Positions 49,805 through 63,942 of a stretch of DNA of 64,000 nucleotides are shown piece by piece. Both the position numbers and the translations under genes were made by a program. How positions within the stretch are numbered: position 1 is the first letter of the stretch; each line of letters opens with the position of its first letter. Under the pieces are notes generated by a model. It had not been told where the DNA came from, made no database searches, and saw only the letters and a list, made by a program, of their open reading frames with translations. Source of the DNA: Macrostomum hystrix (lineage: Eukaryota > Animalia > Platyhelminthes); NCBI GenBank assembly GCA_950097015.1, contig CATNEN010000038.1:31434001-31498000 (forward strand), read 5' to 3'.

Positions 49805-50824
49805 TCAGAGTATCAGGCAGCATTGACAGCCACTCTCAGTCTGTTTCGAACTGTGTTGCTCATCTGAAAACGAAATAACAAAGCATGGAAGAGCTGCGAC
49901 TTTGTTTACAATTTTTAACCGGAATTTAATCGAATATAAATAATAGTGCAAAGAAATTTAAATAAAAAGATAGTAGTTGTAGAAATTAATATTTTCAGAT
50001 GCAGATAAGGTAAGTCATGACCCTACATTGCAAAAATAAAAACCAATGGAACGAATTACACTTTCCATTTAACTCCTCGACAGACAACTAATAAGACCCA
50101 CGCTACACCTGAATTATCATAAGGTAAGCATTACTTATTTCATGATCAATAGGCCACACAAAAACCTTCGACCCATTTACCTACTTAGATTCCGATGACC
50201 TATGAATCTACTCAAATGGCCATGACTAATCTGCTCAAATGCACAGGACCCATTAATCTGCTCAAATGGACAATGACCATGACCCGATAATTTACTTCGA
50301 TCCTAATGACCATTAATTTAGCCAAAAACCCACGAACTTTAATCTACAGAAATTTAAGCGACCTATAAATATACAAAAAATCGATTCATTAGTCCGCTCA
50401 ATCCACATGAGACATGCAGGTGGTATTTACCGTCAGCAGGCTGGGGTGGCATAGAATCGCGGCAGACAAGATGCATGACGGTAGTCTTGCCCAGTGGCAG
50501 ACGCAGAGCGGCCAGTGTGACATTGGGATGCAAGAATCTGCCATGGTAGATCAAACGCAAAATGTTCGAAGATGGCTTCTCGGCCGATGACCAATCTAGC
50601 AGTCAAGTTCAAAGGATAAAAAAGTTAGGGTGAATTTTTTAAACTATTCTAGATAGAGACACTTGCAGATTACCTTCTGGCCAATTGTGATAAATAAAGT
50701 CGGTAATCTCCTGGGCGCAGTCATCGGGACTAAATAGAAAACTGTGACTATTGCCAGAAACCAATAGTAAGCGCAGGTTGACCCGATCAGCTGGCACTGC
50801 TGTCATTGGACCACCACTCTCCAT
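49805..50824 (-). CDS. UBL3: Ubiquitin-like protein 3 (membrane-anchored ubiquitin fold)
   Basis: Exons 50824-50674 (VPADRVNLRLLLVSG..FLFSP..NWP), 50595-50431 (ILRLIYHGRFLH.NVTL..GKTTVMHLV), 49863-49805 ending in CCLIL (CAAX). Confidence 0.95.
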
Positions 50825-51476
50825 TGCTTAGCTGATGGCTTTAAGAAAAGTAAAATGATATTCTGTTGCATTATTCCTACTTTAATTAATTAGATGAGTA
50901 CTGTAGCCTTCACAAAACATAAAAAATAAGTAACCACAAAATATGGCTCTAGCAAAAAAAACTAAATATAAATAGAATTGGATAAGATTACAACTTTTGA
51001 ATTTAAAGAAAAGAAAATTTGAAAAAAAAACACTTTTATACAAATTGTAGAGTAAAATAAAAACTGAAATGTACATACAAATTATAGTTTATTACTATAG
51101 ATTAAATTGCATTTAAGGTTTTTGTAAGCATATTAGCATATTAGAAGATTAATTGTAAGATCCAAATTGAAAATTCTTGCATGCTATTGTTTTTGGGCAG
51201 ACATGGCATGGCATGTATCAGTGTATAAATTAATGGTTAGTTTGCACCTTGTCATGTATAGAATGTGTACATGCATTTAAATAGAGAACAAATGTGGTGC
51301 TTATCTATGAAACATCAATATCAGATAGTTGTGTGAATTGTACAATAAAATAGAAGGAACAGTATAAACCCTATAAAAACTATAATGTGCAGTATAATAA
51401 ACAATATACATAAACATATTACATTACTACGTTTACATATATTATTATAAGTGTTTATATTTTTTAATTAGACTAT

Positions 51477-51760
51477 ACGACTTGAAGGTCGGGGGTTCGA
51501 TTCCTGACTCCACTGGAACAATTTTCGTCCTTTAGCAAGACATTTAATTCTGCATTGCTTCAGTTCACCCAGCTGTTAAATTGGTACCAGCATCAGCTGG
51601 GATAATTGAAGGTGGGTGTGGCGTCTCCCCAGTCCATGGACTGAACAGCTATATGCAGCTTTTAGATGTGCCGCACATTAGCTGCGACTGTGCTGTCGGC
51701 TGCATATCTGACCCAATTGGGGCAGGTGTAATCAATTATCATTAATTATTAATTAATTTA
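51477..51760 (+). mobile_element. SINE family B (tRNA B box + CORE-like domain)
   Basis: GGTTCGATTCC B box followed by CCTTTAGCAAGACATTTAA..CTTCAGTTCACCCAGCTGTTAAATTGGTAC, resembling CORE-SINE consensus; four copies in the window. Confidence 0.75.
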
Positions 51761-54284
51761 TAATTATTAGACTATAAAAACTTATAGGCTAAAAAATAAT
51801 CATCACATGCTTTATTGCGTTTAGAAAACTACAACATGCAAACAACTTTTTTTATTGAGACATGTGTTATATCTTTTATAAATTACAATTATCAGTTCTT
51901 TATAATGTACATATTTCTACATACCATGCTAGCATAAGTTGCAAGCTCTGTGGCCAATTAACCATTAACAAATTACAAAAAATGTAAAAACTGAAATGGA
52001 GGGCAACAGGATAGCAATAGAACCACAAAGGACTACACTAGTATTAAAGCAAATATTTTATCTTTTATTTCTTAAATATGGCTTTATGAGCTGCTGATGT
52101 CTGGTTGATATTCTGAAATCTCAATAGTCAAACAATTTTGCAAACTATGTTTCATATTATAATTTATTTAGTGAAATATTTTGATGTAAAAGTCCAGATC
52201 TTATTTCTTATTTTTCATTTGAGGTAATAAAATTACCAATGCCAAATAACTGCCATAGAATTTTATCTCCGCCAAAATAAAAATCTTGATAAATAAATAT
52301 ATAGCCTAAAATATAGCTCAACTACTTATTAGATTTACAGCTACAACAATTTGTTCCTGTAACAATAATTCCAATTCTAAAAATGCACTCTTTATTTAAG
52401 TGTGATTGCGCAATGACAATGATAGGGACATGGAAACCACGTTGAAGCTTTTGGGCATCCATGCTCCTCAGTATAAAAAATCTGTGTGCACAGACATAAA
52501 AAATAAAAGCCTAAAAAGCCATTCATTTTTTCGGTAATATGAATTTAAATTTATGAATTGTGAAAGCATAACTTTTAAGTGCAGATGTATAAGAAGCTAC
52601 ATATCATAGTGGGTAACTGTTCATAGTTGACGCTTATTTGATAAAATGCAATTCAGATTGAAGTAGTATGCCTAAGCCAAGAAAAGTGTTCCAAGATCCA
52701 TCATCCAATCAATGGGAGCTCACCGCGCGCTTTGTTAACGATACGAAACCACTTGAATCGTGGAAAAACGCTTTAAAAATAAAGTATAAGCATTTTAAGT
52801 AAATTTATGTTCTTTGATAAAAATTATTGAAGGTTTCTGAACAACTATTTATAACTTTATTTATTTGTAAAAAGCAATTAAAAACTTTTGTTTATCTACA
52901 CTACCGTAATCTTCTCGGCTTTTTATTTTGATTTGTTCAGCAATACCACTCAATACTATGTGCCATAAAAACAATCACGACAGTAGAATGGTTGCTCTAA
53001 CGTGACTACCATGCGAAGGTGCAAATTTTAAACCCGCTTTAATGACAATAGTTTATTGTGCGGAGTCGCACACTAAAGTTGTACATTATGCCAGTAACCA
53101 GCAGAGTATTAGTAAAAGCTGACCAAATTATAAAAAATGCAAAATAAGTCCGTTCACATTTTAATATTAAAACTGTTTCACTTAATAATAAACTAGAACT
53201 GAGTAGCCGTGATTAACTCCAAATAATGGTCCAATTGGCTTCTATTTGGTATAGTTTAAATGTAATTGCAAATGCACACACATTTGCCTTACTCGAAAAG
53301 TCAAATACACACAAAGATAAGTTCGTTAAAGGACGAAAAAGTTCAGCTAGAATTTTTTTCTGTGTTATTGCTGGCTGAATCTTAATTAAGAGAAAATGAA
53401 GACAATAACATTATATTAAGAAAGAATTAACACAAATAGCCATTGGCTATATAGAAAAGCCATTTTATAATTACCGAAAACGTGTTTAAATGCTGCATTA
53501 GACCAAAAATTAGGCATTCAAAAGTTAGAAAAATTAAGGATAAAAAACATAGCAATCTAGTTATGTTGAGACCTAATTATACCTAGATTTAGCACAAGCT
53601 TAAGTAAAAAGCTTTCAAAAAATAATTGCTGATTGAATAATTCAATATTTTGCAATAGGTTTAAATGCGAAATTACAAATTGTTACGGTTTTACAAAATT
53701 TGTTAGTTTTACAAAAATACGAAAAGCACCATACGATCCAATTAAAAAAAATTACAATGCGAGATTAAAATGTACAAAAATTATGATGGACTACGGTATA
53801 ATGTTCAGATTTTTTGTCACATTTTCTTTAATCCCTGCTTGCGCGTGCAAAATATTGCGTTCTCTAAACTAGATAAACATTGAAGTTAAGCATTTAAATG
53901 ACTAACTCGAAAATTATATGGAGAAGTAGGACATGTGGGATAAAGATTGTTTACATTTTTAGACATATGGTTATAGAGAACAATTTTGTGAGCCAATCAA
54001 ACTTGAAAAACAACTTATATGGTTCTTGTTTGTCAAATAAAATTAGTAAAAATAACTTGCATGCATGACGACAAAGCATGATAAACCAATGGGGTGAGGT
54101 GGGACTTGGAGGACCTAGGGTGTCACAGGATTTAAGATATGTTTTCTATTCATAGAAATTACGAGTATTGCACAGCCAGGACTAGACGGTAAAGATTAAA
54201 CAACTATAAGGTGGATAAGATAGACTGTGATTGGGAGATAAGGGTAAATAGCAAACAAGATCAAAGGATTATACTGCTAAGTCA

Positions 54285-54520
54285 ATTGCCTAGGCGGCAA
54301 GATCAAAGGACTAGGCGGTAAGATAAAAGGACAAGGCGGTAAGACCGAAGGATTAGGCAGTAAGATCAAATGATTAGGCGGTAAGATCGAAGGATTACGC
54401 GGTAAGACCAAATGAGTAGGCGGTAAGATCAAAGGACTAGGCGGTGAGATCAAAGGACTAGGCGGTGAGATCAAAGTACTAGGCGGTAAGACCAAAGGAA
54501 TAGGCGGTGAGATCAAAGGA
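54285..54520. repeat. 21-bp minisatellite (GGCGGTAAGATCAAAGGACTA)
   Basis: Degenerate tandem units. Confidence 0.88.
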
Positions 54521-54605
54521 GAATAAACAGTAAGGCGGAAATGATCTTAGTTTAGTGTGACAATACTTATATAGGCTGTATAAAATCGTACGAGGGACAG
54601 GATCG

Positions 54606-57600
54606 TCAAAGGCTTAACCGGCGGTTCTGATGATGCCTCAGCTGCAGCGGCGGTGGTGGCGGCGGAATCGGCTGGGCTTTGCCGCAGCGGGCAAACGGTA
54701 ACTCGGAGCAAGCCTGAGGCACAGCAACTTCGTCAGCGTCAGCGGCTGGCGGATCGTTCTCCGTGTTGAAATCGTCATTTGGATCGAAGGCGGAAGCCGC
54801 CAACTGATCTTGAACTTCGCCGCTGCTGCCAGCCGCCATGTCGACATGGGAGGATTCCGATGTTGAAAACTCTTCGAGTTGTTCGTCGCTGCCCCAGGCA
54901 GCGTCGTCTTCGTCATCCTCGCAGATTCGCGACGCGCCAGACGAAGCCGTAGTTGTTGTAGTCGATGACAGATCGGCTAAAGGTCGCTTCTGGCGTAGGC
55001 TGCTGGCAAACGGAGCTGCCGGCATTGAAGCTCGACCTCTGGGAGCGCCGCCTGGACCGAGAGCCCACATCGGCACTGGAAACAGCGTCTGCCTCTGCTG
55101 CTGCTGCTGCTGAGGCACCGGTGGCATTGGAGGCGGCATCGGGCAAGGACTATTGATGCCAATCTTATCAACAACAGATTCGACTACGTCTGCGGCGGCC
55201 GCTTCGGCGGCAGCGTCCGGCGACGCTGCTTCGACAGCTGCGGCGGCGAAATACGGATGTCGCAGAGCCTCCGTGGCGGTGCACCGACTTGCTGGCGAGA
55301 ATCTCAGCAGGCGTTCGCCTAGCAAGCTGGCCAGGCTCCATCGGCCCATGGTGTAGCCGCAGTAGCCGCCGTCGAGACTGCCGCTGACCAAGCCGGTTGG
55401 CAACTTAGCCGCCAGCCTGGCTGACAGAGCCATCGGCGTCAGCTCGGCTGGAAATTCGTTGGCCAACTGTTGCCTAGCAACCCGAGTACGGGCCGGCCAG
55501 GCGTCAGCCGACGGAACGCCCAGTAGGGCGAGAATCTGACGCAGCATGGGCGCCTCATCTTGGGCGTTAAACAGAGGCCTGCCGCTAGTGGCCATTTCAA
55601 ACAGGATGCAGCCAGCGCTCCAAACGTCTGTTGGACTGGAGTAGCCGCAAGCCAGCAGCACTTCCGGACTGCGATACCACAGGGTGCTCACCACCGCTGT
55701 CATCTGGGCGGGGTTTGTGAGTCAGTTAGACAGCTCAGTTCTGCTTCCCTAAGCAGAGCCTAGTAACACGAATTGTCTTTCCTAATTAAATCCTGATCTT
55801 ATATTACGAGTACATTATTTTCTCCTTCTATATCCATTCAATTCCCACCATTAATCTGCTTAATTCCTTTCTTTAATCCATTAGTTACTCTTTTTAAAAA
55901 CATTATACTAACTTTCTAAATCCATTCTAATAACTTTCTTAATCCATTCAATTATATTTCTTGATAAATCTTATTCTCTTTCCTAATCCATTCCATTGTC
56001 GTTAATCAATTCTATCGTCCTTAATCCATTCTATTGTCGTTAATCAATTCTATAGTCTTTAATCCATTCTATAGTCGTTAATCCATTCTAGTCGTTAATC
56101 CATTCTATAGTCTTTAATCCATTCTATAGTCGTTAATCCATTCTATAGTCGTTAATCCATTCTATTGTCGTGAATCCATTCTGTTGTCGTCAATCTATTC
56201 CATTGTCGTGAATCCATTCTGTTGTCGTTAATCCATTCTATAGTAGTTAATCCATTCTATAGTAGTTAATCCATTCTATAGTAGTTAATCCATTCTATAG
56301 TAGTTAATCCATTCTATAGACGTTAATCCATTCTATTGTCGCTAATCCATTCTATAGTCGTTAATCCATTCTATAGTCGTTATTCCATTCTATAGACGTT
56401 AATCCATTCATTTATTTATTTGATGTCACAGCCCATTCTGTTCTGATGTTAAACTTTTTTATCCTTACCTAAAATCCATTATAAGGCTATTTACCTTCCT
56501 AAACCGAATACAATACCTCCATAAAACATGGATACGTACCTGTTTCTCCGACGAGCACACTCGCGCCATATTAAAGTCAGCAATTTTGAGCACAGTGCAC
56601 TGCTGATTTAGTAGGCAATTTTGCGGCTTCAAATCGCGGTGCAAGATCCTATGCCGATGCAGAAATTCCAGGCCCAGCATCAGCTGATGCCCCAGACTGC
56701 GCACCGCGGCCTGCGGAAATAAAACAGCGAGGAATCAAGATCCGGATTGAGAATCTGGGAGTGGCTGATCAATATGGGGATCTGGGAGAGTTGGCTGATC
56801 AATATGGGGATCTGGGAGAGTTGGCTGATCAATATGAGGGTCTGGGAGAGTTGGCTGATCAATATGGGGATCTGGGAGAGTTGGCTGATCATTGATCAAT
56901 ATGGGGATCTGGGAGAGTTGGCAGATCAATATGGGGATCTGGGAGAGTTGGCAGATCAATATGGGGATCTGGGAGAGTTGGCTGATCAATATGGGGATCT
57001 GGGAGAGTTGGCTGATCAATATGGGGATCTGGGAGAGTTGGCTGATCAATATGGGGATCTGGGAGAGTTGGCTGATCAATATGGGGATCTGGGAGAGTTG
57101 GCTGATCAATATGGGGATCTGGGAGAGTTGGCTGATCAATATGGGGATCTGGGAGAGTTGGCTGATCAATATGGGGATCTGGGAGAGTTGGCTGATCAAT
57201 ATGGGGATCTGGGAGAGTTGGCTGATCAATATGGGGATCTGGGAGAGTTGGCTGATCAATATGGGGATCTGGGAGAGTTGGCTGATCAATATGGGGATCT
57301 GGGGGAGTTGGCTGATCAATATGGGGATCTGGGGGAGTGGCTCATCAATATGGGATATGGGAGAGTGGCTGATTAACATGGGGATATGGGAGAGTGGCTT
57401 ATTAACATGGGGATATGGGAGAGTGGCTGATTAACCTGGGGATATGGGAGAGTGGCTGATTAACATGGGGATATGCGAGAGTGGCTGATCAATATGGGGA
57501 TCTGGGAGAGTTGGCTGATCAATCTGGGGATCTGGGAGAGTGGCTAATCATTCTAGGGATCTGGGTGAGTTGGCTGATTAATCTGGGGATCTGGCTGATG

Positions 57601-59144
57601 AATATGGGGATCTGGGAGAGTGGCTCATCAAATCCGGAGATATAGGATAATCTCTACAACCCCATCGCAATAGACTTACCTGACCCAACCGATGCCTGCT
57701 AAGATAGTCTTGCAGATCGCAATGCAACAATTCGAAGACCATAAACATGTAATAATCCTTTCCGTGCTTCTGCAGCATGACTTCAATGAGAGACACAATG
57801 TTCGGGTGACGCAATTTAGACAGAGGCTTCAGAATAACCAGCTCCCTGATTGTACTGTAGGGCAGGCCGCTACTGTTTGAGACACGAATCTGTTTGAGGG
57901 CCACCGGACCATCGGGTCCATGGCCAACTAACACCTTGCTGTAGCTGCCGACACCGATTTCTCGGCCAAGCACGTAGCTGAATCATGGAGTTTAGATGTT
58001 TCGTTTTCATTTACAAACACTTACGAGCGTGTTTATGACAGTCAAAAGTAATAATGATTTTTCCTTAAAAAAACTCTATCACATATAATAGATATATGAA
58101 AACACACTACTTAAAATTATGTAATGCATCAATAAACACACTACATAAACATTCCTAAACACACTACATAAACATTCCTAAACACACTACATAAACATTC
58201 CTAAACACACTACATAAACATTCCTAAACACACTACATAAACATTCCTAAACACACTACATAAACATTCCTAAACACACTACATAAACATTCCTAAACAC
58301 ACTACATAAACATTCCTAAACACACTACATAAACATTCCTAAACACACTACATAAACATTCCTAAACACACTACATAAACATTCCTAAACACACTACATA
58401 AACATTCCTAAACACACTACATAAACATTCCTAAACACACTACATAAACATTCCTAAACACACTACATAAACATTCCTTAAACACACTACATAAACATTC
58501 CTAAAACACACTAAAAACATTCCTAAACACACTACATAATAATAATAATAATAGTTACACTCCACGCCGACCACAGAAGTGGCCAAGAGGGGGGAGCGTC
58601 AAAACGCGCGTTTCAGTGCCAGGTCTCTGACGTGCTTCACGCCTGCCGCCTGGCTGGGTGCTCGGGCGTCTTCAAAAAGGCGGTCAATATAGCGGGCTGT
58701 ACGTCCCTGGCCGCGCCTGCGCGGTCCCTGCGAGGTCCACAGCAGGACATCCTGCAGCGGCTCTGGGCAGTAGGCTTCACTACATAAACATTCCTAAACA
58801 CACTACATAAACATTCCTAAACACACTACATAAACATTCCTAAACACACTACATGAACACAAGCAACTAATATTCTTAAACAAACTCATAAACGATAAAT
58901 AATGAACTATTTTTTACAGATAATTTTGCTATACATACCGATATATAGATTGCTGCTGTGGCTGTTGCTGCTGCTGCTGCTGCTGCTTTGGCAGCTCGAT
59001 ATCTGAAGTTGACGACCATCTGGCCAGTGCAGAGTCAGGAGCAGAAGTTGCAGCAGCAGCATTCAAGTCAGCTTCACTGTTGATGTGTTGTAGCGGTGGT
59101 TGCCAATAACAGTCATCATTGCCATTGCCACTGGATGATGCCAT
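54606..59144 (-). CDS. Cyclin-dependent kinase, CDK4/6-like
   Basis: Exons 59144-58939, 57977-57680 (EIGVGSYSKV, VALK, PYSTIRE, HPNIV, MVFE), 56710-56540 (HRDLKPQN, KIADFNMAR), 55703-54606 (VVSTLWYRSPEVLL, DVWSAGC, ALRHPYF, low-complexity tail). Confidence 0.9.
55985..56410. repeat. 19-bp minisatellite (GTTAATCCATTCTATAGTM)
   Basis: Tandem units in a CDK intron. Confidence 0.92.
56750..57630. repeat. 30-bp minisatellite (GGGAGAGTTGGCTGATCAATATGGGGATCT)
   Basis: Near-perfect tandem units filling a CDK intron. Confidence 0.96.
58130..58855. repeat. 23-bp minisatellite (ACACACTACATAAACATTCCTAA), interrupted by a LINE fragment
   Basis: Tandem units on both sides of 58539-58777. Confidence 0.95.
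58539..58777 (-). mobile_element. 5'-truncated non-LTR retrotransposon 3' end (RTE-like)
   Basis: GC-rich insert reading ..PLQDVLLWTSQGPRRRGQGRTARYIDRLFEDA..RAF*, then a short UTR and (ATT)n tail; CACTACATA on both sides. Confidence 0.7.
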
Positions 59145-61908
59145 TGCACTCTGGCTTCCACAGAGGCCTATTGTGAAATACAAAATCTAGTTAGCCCAAA
59201 TAATATAATGCCACTTATATTAGCATATGAGATATGACCAGTAGGCAGTGGTTTCTATATTGATTTTTATAGCAAAATAATGCTTTTCAACTTGTTTTGT
59301 ATGCCAATACTGCTGAAAAATAAAGAGATAAATTTACATAGATTTCAAAGCAAACATTTAAGAAAGAAATGATAGTTGTTATAATATAGACTCCAATAGG
59401 GTCTAAGACATTATTAAAACACTTTTTCTAGCTGACTAGCTACTAAACACTACACTATTTAAACAAGCAACAAAATAGATTATGGTTTTTTAAGAAATCC
59501 AATTTAATTTCAGACAATTCTCATGCCATTTAATTCCATTTTAATTAAATACTATCTAGGCTTGATTTGTGAATACTTTAAGAATACGGTTTAATGTAAA
59601 AGTTAAGCTAGAAACAAAAAGCTTAAACTATTAAGCTAAGCCTTTGTATGGTAATGGTTCTGTTAATGGTACTGTTAGTAAATTAAATTACTATTAAATT
59701 GCAATATGCAATAGGCCCATAAACAATGATATTTACATAAATTATTTGATAACATGTATACAAAAATAATTTAATTTTAGCTTGCAAACCAGTACTTTTA
59801 GTTTAGCCATAGTTGTTTTTTGAGAACAATCTAGGCACAAAAAAATTTACACAATAAACAATTTGATGTACTTGAAAATTTCAGTAAAACAGTAAGTTTC
59901 TGTCTACTTGTTTTCTTTTTTATTTCTAAACTCAACAGTTTATAAGTTTGAACAAATGCATGTTGTTGTAATTAAATAGATACTAGGTAGATTTTTAGCA
60001 CTAATCAATAATTAAAAAATGCACTTCTCAATCTTTTTTTGAAAGATTTGAAAGAACTTAGTGTCACTTTATTCAATTGACTTATTTATTAAAATCTATT
60101 CTCCTTTCTATAATTTAATTTGCTTACTCTCTTTATCCATTCCATCATCTTTCTTAATTCATTCTTATATATGTCATAATTATTTATAATCTCTTCTCAA
60201 TCCATTTTAGTTCATATCATAATCCATTCCATTCTTATGTTTGAACTATTTTAACTCCATCCAAAATCACTTTTGATTCACAAAATCATGTTCTGGAAAA
60301 AAGGTACAAAAGTGAAAAATTGCTTAGTCAGCCAACTGTATATAATTTAGGCCCTAACTATTTGTATGATAGAAGAAATTTCATACATTATTACAAGTAT
60401 TACAATCTTTCCTTATTTATTTATATAGGCCTATAGGGATAAAGCATTGATATAACTATAGGTTTGGTCAGGTTCAAATTGTCTGAATACCACACTAGAG
60501 AAGATATTCAGAATGGCCTTAATATAGATAGTCTGATTAAGTACAATTGCTTTGTAATAAATTCTATGAAAAGCTGTCTATCTTTAAGTTGGGTTTTGCA
60601 TTCAATACTTTTACTTTTATATATTCCTAATTAATTACATATTATTACATATAATTATTACTTCAACACTAATCTCTATGCATTGTTATAGTCTATAGAA
60701 AGGCCTATCTGCCCAAGCGAGGTAAATCTGTCAACATAGTTGACAAATAAAATTTTGATGAATTTTAATTTACCTAGAGTTTACCCATATATAGTAATGG
60801 GCTTACCAATAAAAACTAGGTTATCTAGCCTAGTTAGGACCTAGCAAATACAAAATTGCTGGGTTAAGCTAAAATGCTCTGGCTATTGGCAGAGAAAGAT
60901 AGCTAAAAGGTTGAATCTAATAAATTAGTATAACTTGCATAAAAGTAGTAAAATGCTTTTTACCCATTTTTTAAGTTGATCTAACTTCTAATTCTAATAA
61001 ACTCTAGCAGCTAGCTAGTTAAACCATATCTAGTTAAGTGAACAATACATATACATCTTTGCATAAAATTAAATTTAAAAAATTAGTCAATTTACATAAT
61101 TCACAAATTACACCAGTTTTTTAGCAGATAGTCAGATTATTTAGTCACAGGGGCTGAGTTGCATGGAACAAAAATAGGTAAATATATATTTGAACGATAA
61201 GAACGTCTGAATTAAAACGTATGTACTGGATACACGTCAATTCATACGTTGGACCTACAGAAGCACAGAAAATATTATATAAATAATAACTGTCCTTCAG
61301 CGCCGAGACTGAGCTGCGAATCCTTGCTGGTCGGGGGCATATTTTCCTAGAAAAAAGCTTGCTACAAAAAACACCGGAAGGCATTTATTATGGGTGCGTT
61401 CGAGTATCTTAAAATGACTTAAACTATACCTAATGCGAGATTTTGTGATGACTAAAATGACTTTTTATGTAAGACAAAGTGCTATAAAAAGGATTTCGTA
61501 TTAATTTAGTTTTTAGGTAGTCCTTGTGTGCAAGCTATGCCAATTATCATTCTAAAAGTAATGTGTTCCTGCTTGTAGTTAAAATATCCAATAAAAGGTA
61601 CCTAAAATCGATCGATGAGTGTATTCCACTGCACCCACGATACTGGGGCCTCTGTGCAGGATTGAGCAATTCAACAGTTAATAATCTGGGGTTCAACAAA
61701 AATTATAGATAATTTCCCTAAGTTAGAGCCGATGAACAAATATAAAAGTGTAAAAATAATATTGAAATGTGTAAAAATGTTAAAATATTTACCATCGGCA
61801 AATCGTTAAGCTAAAATATTTCTGTAGAAACTATAAAAATCTAGAAAACAATTGCATCATCCTTCAAGAATAACCAAACATATTACAACTAACTAAGTTA
61901 GCTAATAT

Positions 61909-63287
61909 GGGAGCACGACGTTTGCTTGCGGGAATTTTGCTTGCCGAGCTTTGCATGCCGAAGTTTGCTTGCGGAAGTTTGCTTGTCAAGGCTTGCTTGC
62001 CGAAGTTTGCTTGCAGGAAATTTGCTTGCAACACATTAGCTTGCCGAACTTTGCTTGCGGCACCTTAGCTTGCCGAACTTTGCTTGCGGCACCTTAGCAC
62101 CTTAGCACCTGCGGAACTTTGCTTGCGGCACCTTAGCTTGCCGAACTTTGCTTCCTGACTGTTTGCTTGCTTGCGAAGTTTGTGAGTCAATTATTGCTAC
62201 AGAATGTTTTAATTTGCAAGCGCTTATCAGCGGCAATGTCGTAAACTCACTCACAGTAAGCTTTCGAGCTAGCCTTGGGATTTGTAAACGAAGGATTTAG
62301 TATAATAAAAGGATATTAGCAGCATAAATTGTAGCAGTTCCTGATTTCAGCACGATCGAACAGATAATGAATATGATAGTGGTGGTAATAACAGGCAGAG
62401 CTATGAGCTAACTACAAGGCGAATTCGTCTAGATATATTAACTACCGTACAAATATATATATGAGCACAAAGAGAGGCTTCGTTAAGGTTCAGCAAGCAA
62501 ACTTCGGCAAGCAGACCTCTGCAAGCAAACCTCGGCAAGCAAACTTCGGCAAGCAAACTTCGGCAAGCAAGCCTTGACAAGCAAACTTCGGCAAGCAAAC
62601 TTCGGCAAGCAAACCTCGGCAAGCAAACCTCGGCAAGCAAACTTCGGCAAGCAAACTTCGTCAAGCAAGCCTTGACAAGCAAACTTCGGCAGGCAAACTT
62701 CGGCAAGCAAACTTCGGCAAGCAAACTTCGGCAAGCAAACTTCGGCAAGCAAACTTCGGCAAGCAAGCCTTGACAAGCAAATTTCGGCAAGCAAACTTCG
62801 GCAAGCAAACTTCCGCAAGCAAACTTCGGCAAGCAAGCCTTGACAAGCAAACTTCGGCAAGCAAACTTCGGCAAGCAAACTTCGGCAAGCAAACTTCGGC
62901 AAGCAAACTTCGGCAAGCAAGCCTTGACAAGCAAATTTCGGCAAGCAAACTTCGGCAAGCAAACTTCCGCAAGCAAACTTCGGCAAGCAAGCCTTGACAA
63001 GCAAACTTCGGCAAGCAAACTTTGGCAAGCAAACTTCCGCAAGCAAACTTCGGCAAGCAAGCCTTGACAAGCAAACTTCGGCAAGCAAACTTCGGCAAGC
63101 AAACTTCCGCAAGCAAACTTCGGCAAGCAAGCCTTGACAAGCAAACTTCGGCAAGCAAACTTCGGCAAGCAGACGTCCGCAAGCAGACGTCCGCAAGCAA
63201 ACTTCGGCAAGCAGACGTCCGCAAGCAAACTTCGGCAAGCAAACTTCGGCAAGCAAAATTCTTGCAAGCAAATTTCAATATAGACCC
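61909..63287. mobile_element. Foldback/Mutator-like element whose arms are arrays of a 14-bp subrepeat
   Basis: (TTTGCTTGCCGAAG)n at 61920-62180 versus (GCAAGCAAACTTCG)n at 62493-63272; GGG..CCC ends; 9-bp TSD AGCTAATAT at 61900-61908 and 63288-63296. Confidence 0.88.
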
Positions 63288-63605
63288 AGCTAATATCGAT
63301 ACACTTGTAAATTATGTGTCATGGTTTATTTCTGCACTTATCATATGTATTACTTTGCAGTTCAGTTCAGTTCACATATTCGATGCTTACAGACGGGTAT
63401 AATTATCAATTCAAATTTCATTTGTCTCGTATAGTATATAGCATAAGGAATTATTAACTATCGCTGTGAATACTTTCCTGAGGTTTTTATACTAAAAAAT
63501 ATGCATGTAGTAATTGTCTCGTGATCAAGACAGCCAGCGCGTAGACTAGTGTACCTATACCTATGCGTTGGTCTTTTTCCAGGGCTTTATCAGCCACTCT
63601 ATAGA

Positions 63606-63669
63606 TTAGTTCAACTGCTTTCCGTTGCAGCATCTGTTGATACTGGCTTCAGGTCCACACGTAGTCGGT

Positions 63670-63702
<33 letters not shown>

Positions 63703-63942
63703 AACTGACGATCTGTTATGCAAGTCATCTCTGACAGTACAGTATGCAGAGCGGTGAATGCGGCGATCATTGCGGTTGAGCCAAAGCCGTGTGTAATGAG
63801 GCTAAAGTTGTTTAACTGTTGTCGCAGTTTTGATTCAGCTGGCAACTGTTGCAAAATCGCACTGCTGGCATCTGACTGTTGAGCATTGGTAGCCAAACTG
63901 ACTTGAGTGTTCAACAGGTCGATCATGTTTTGCAGAAGAGAT
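63606..63942 (-). CDS. TFAP2: Transcription factor AP-2 family, last coding exon
   Basis: QLNNFSLITHGFGSTAMIAAFTALHTVLSE matches the AP-2 helix-span-helix FSLITHGFG motif; acceptor ttttacag before 63942. Confidence 0.88.

Noticed and set aside
56735-63402. Repetitive ORFs (SQIPILISQL, ACRSLLAEVCLPKF)
   Set aside because: Intronic 30-bp satellite and foldback-arm subrepeats, not proteins.
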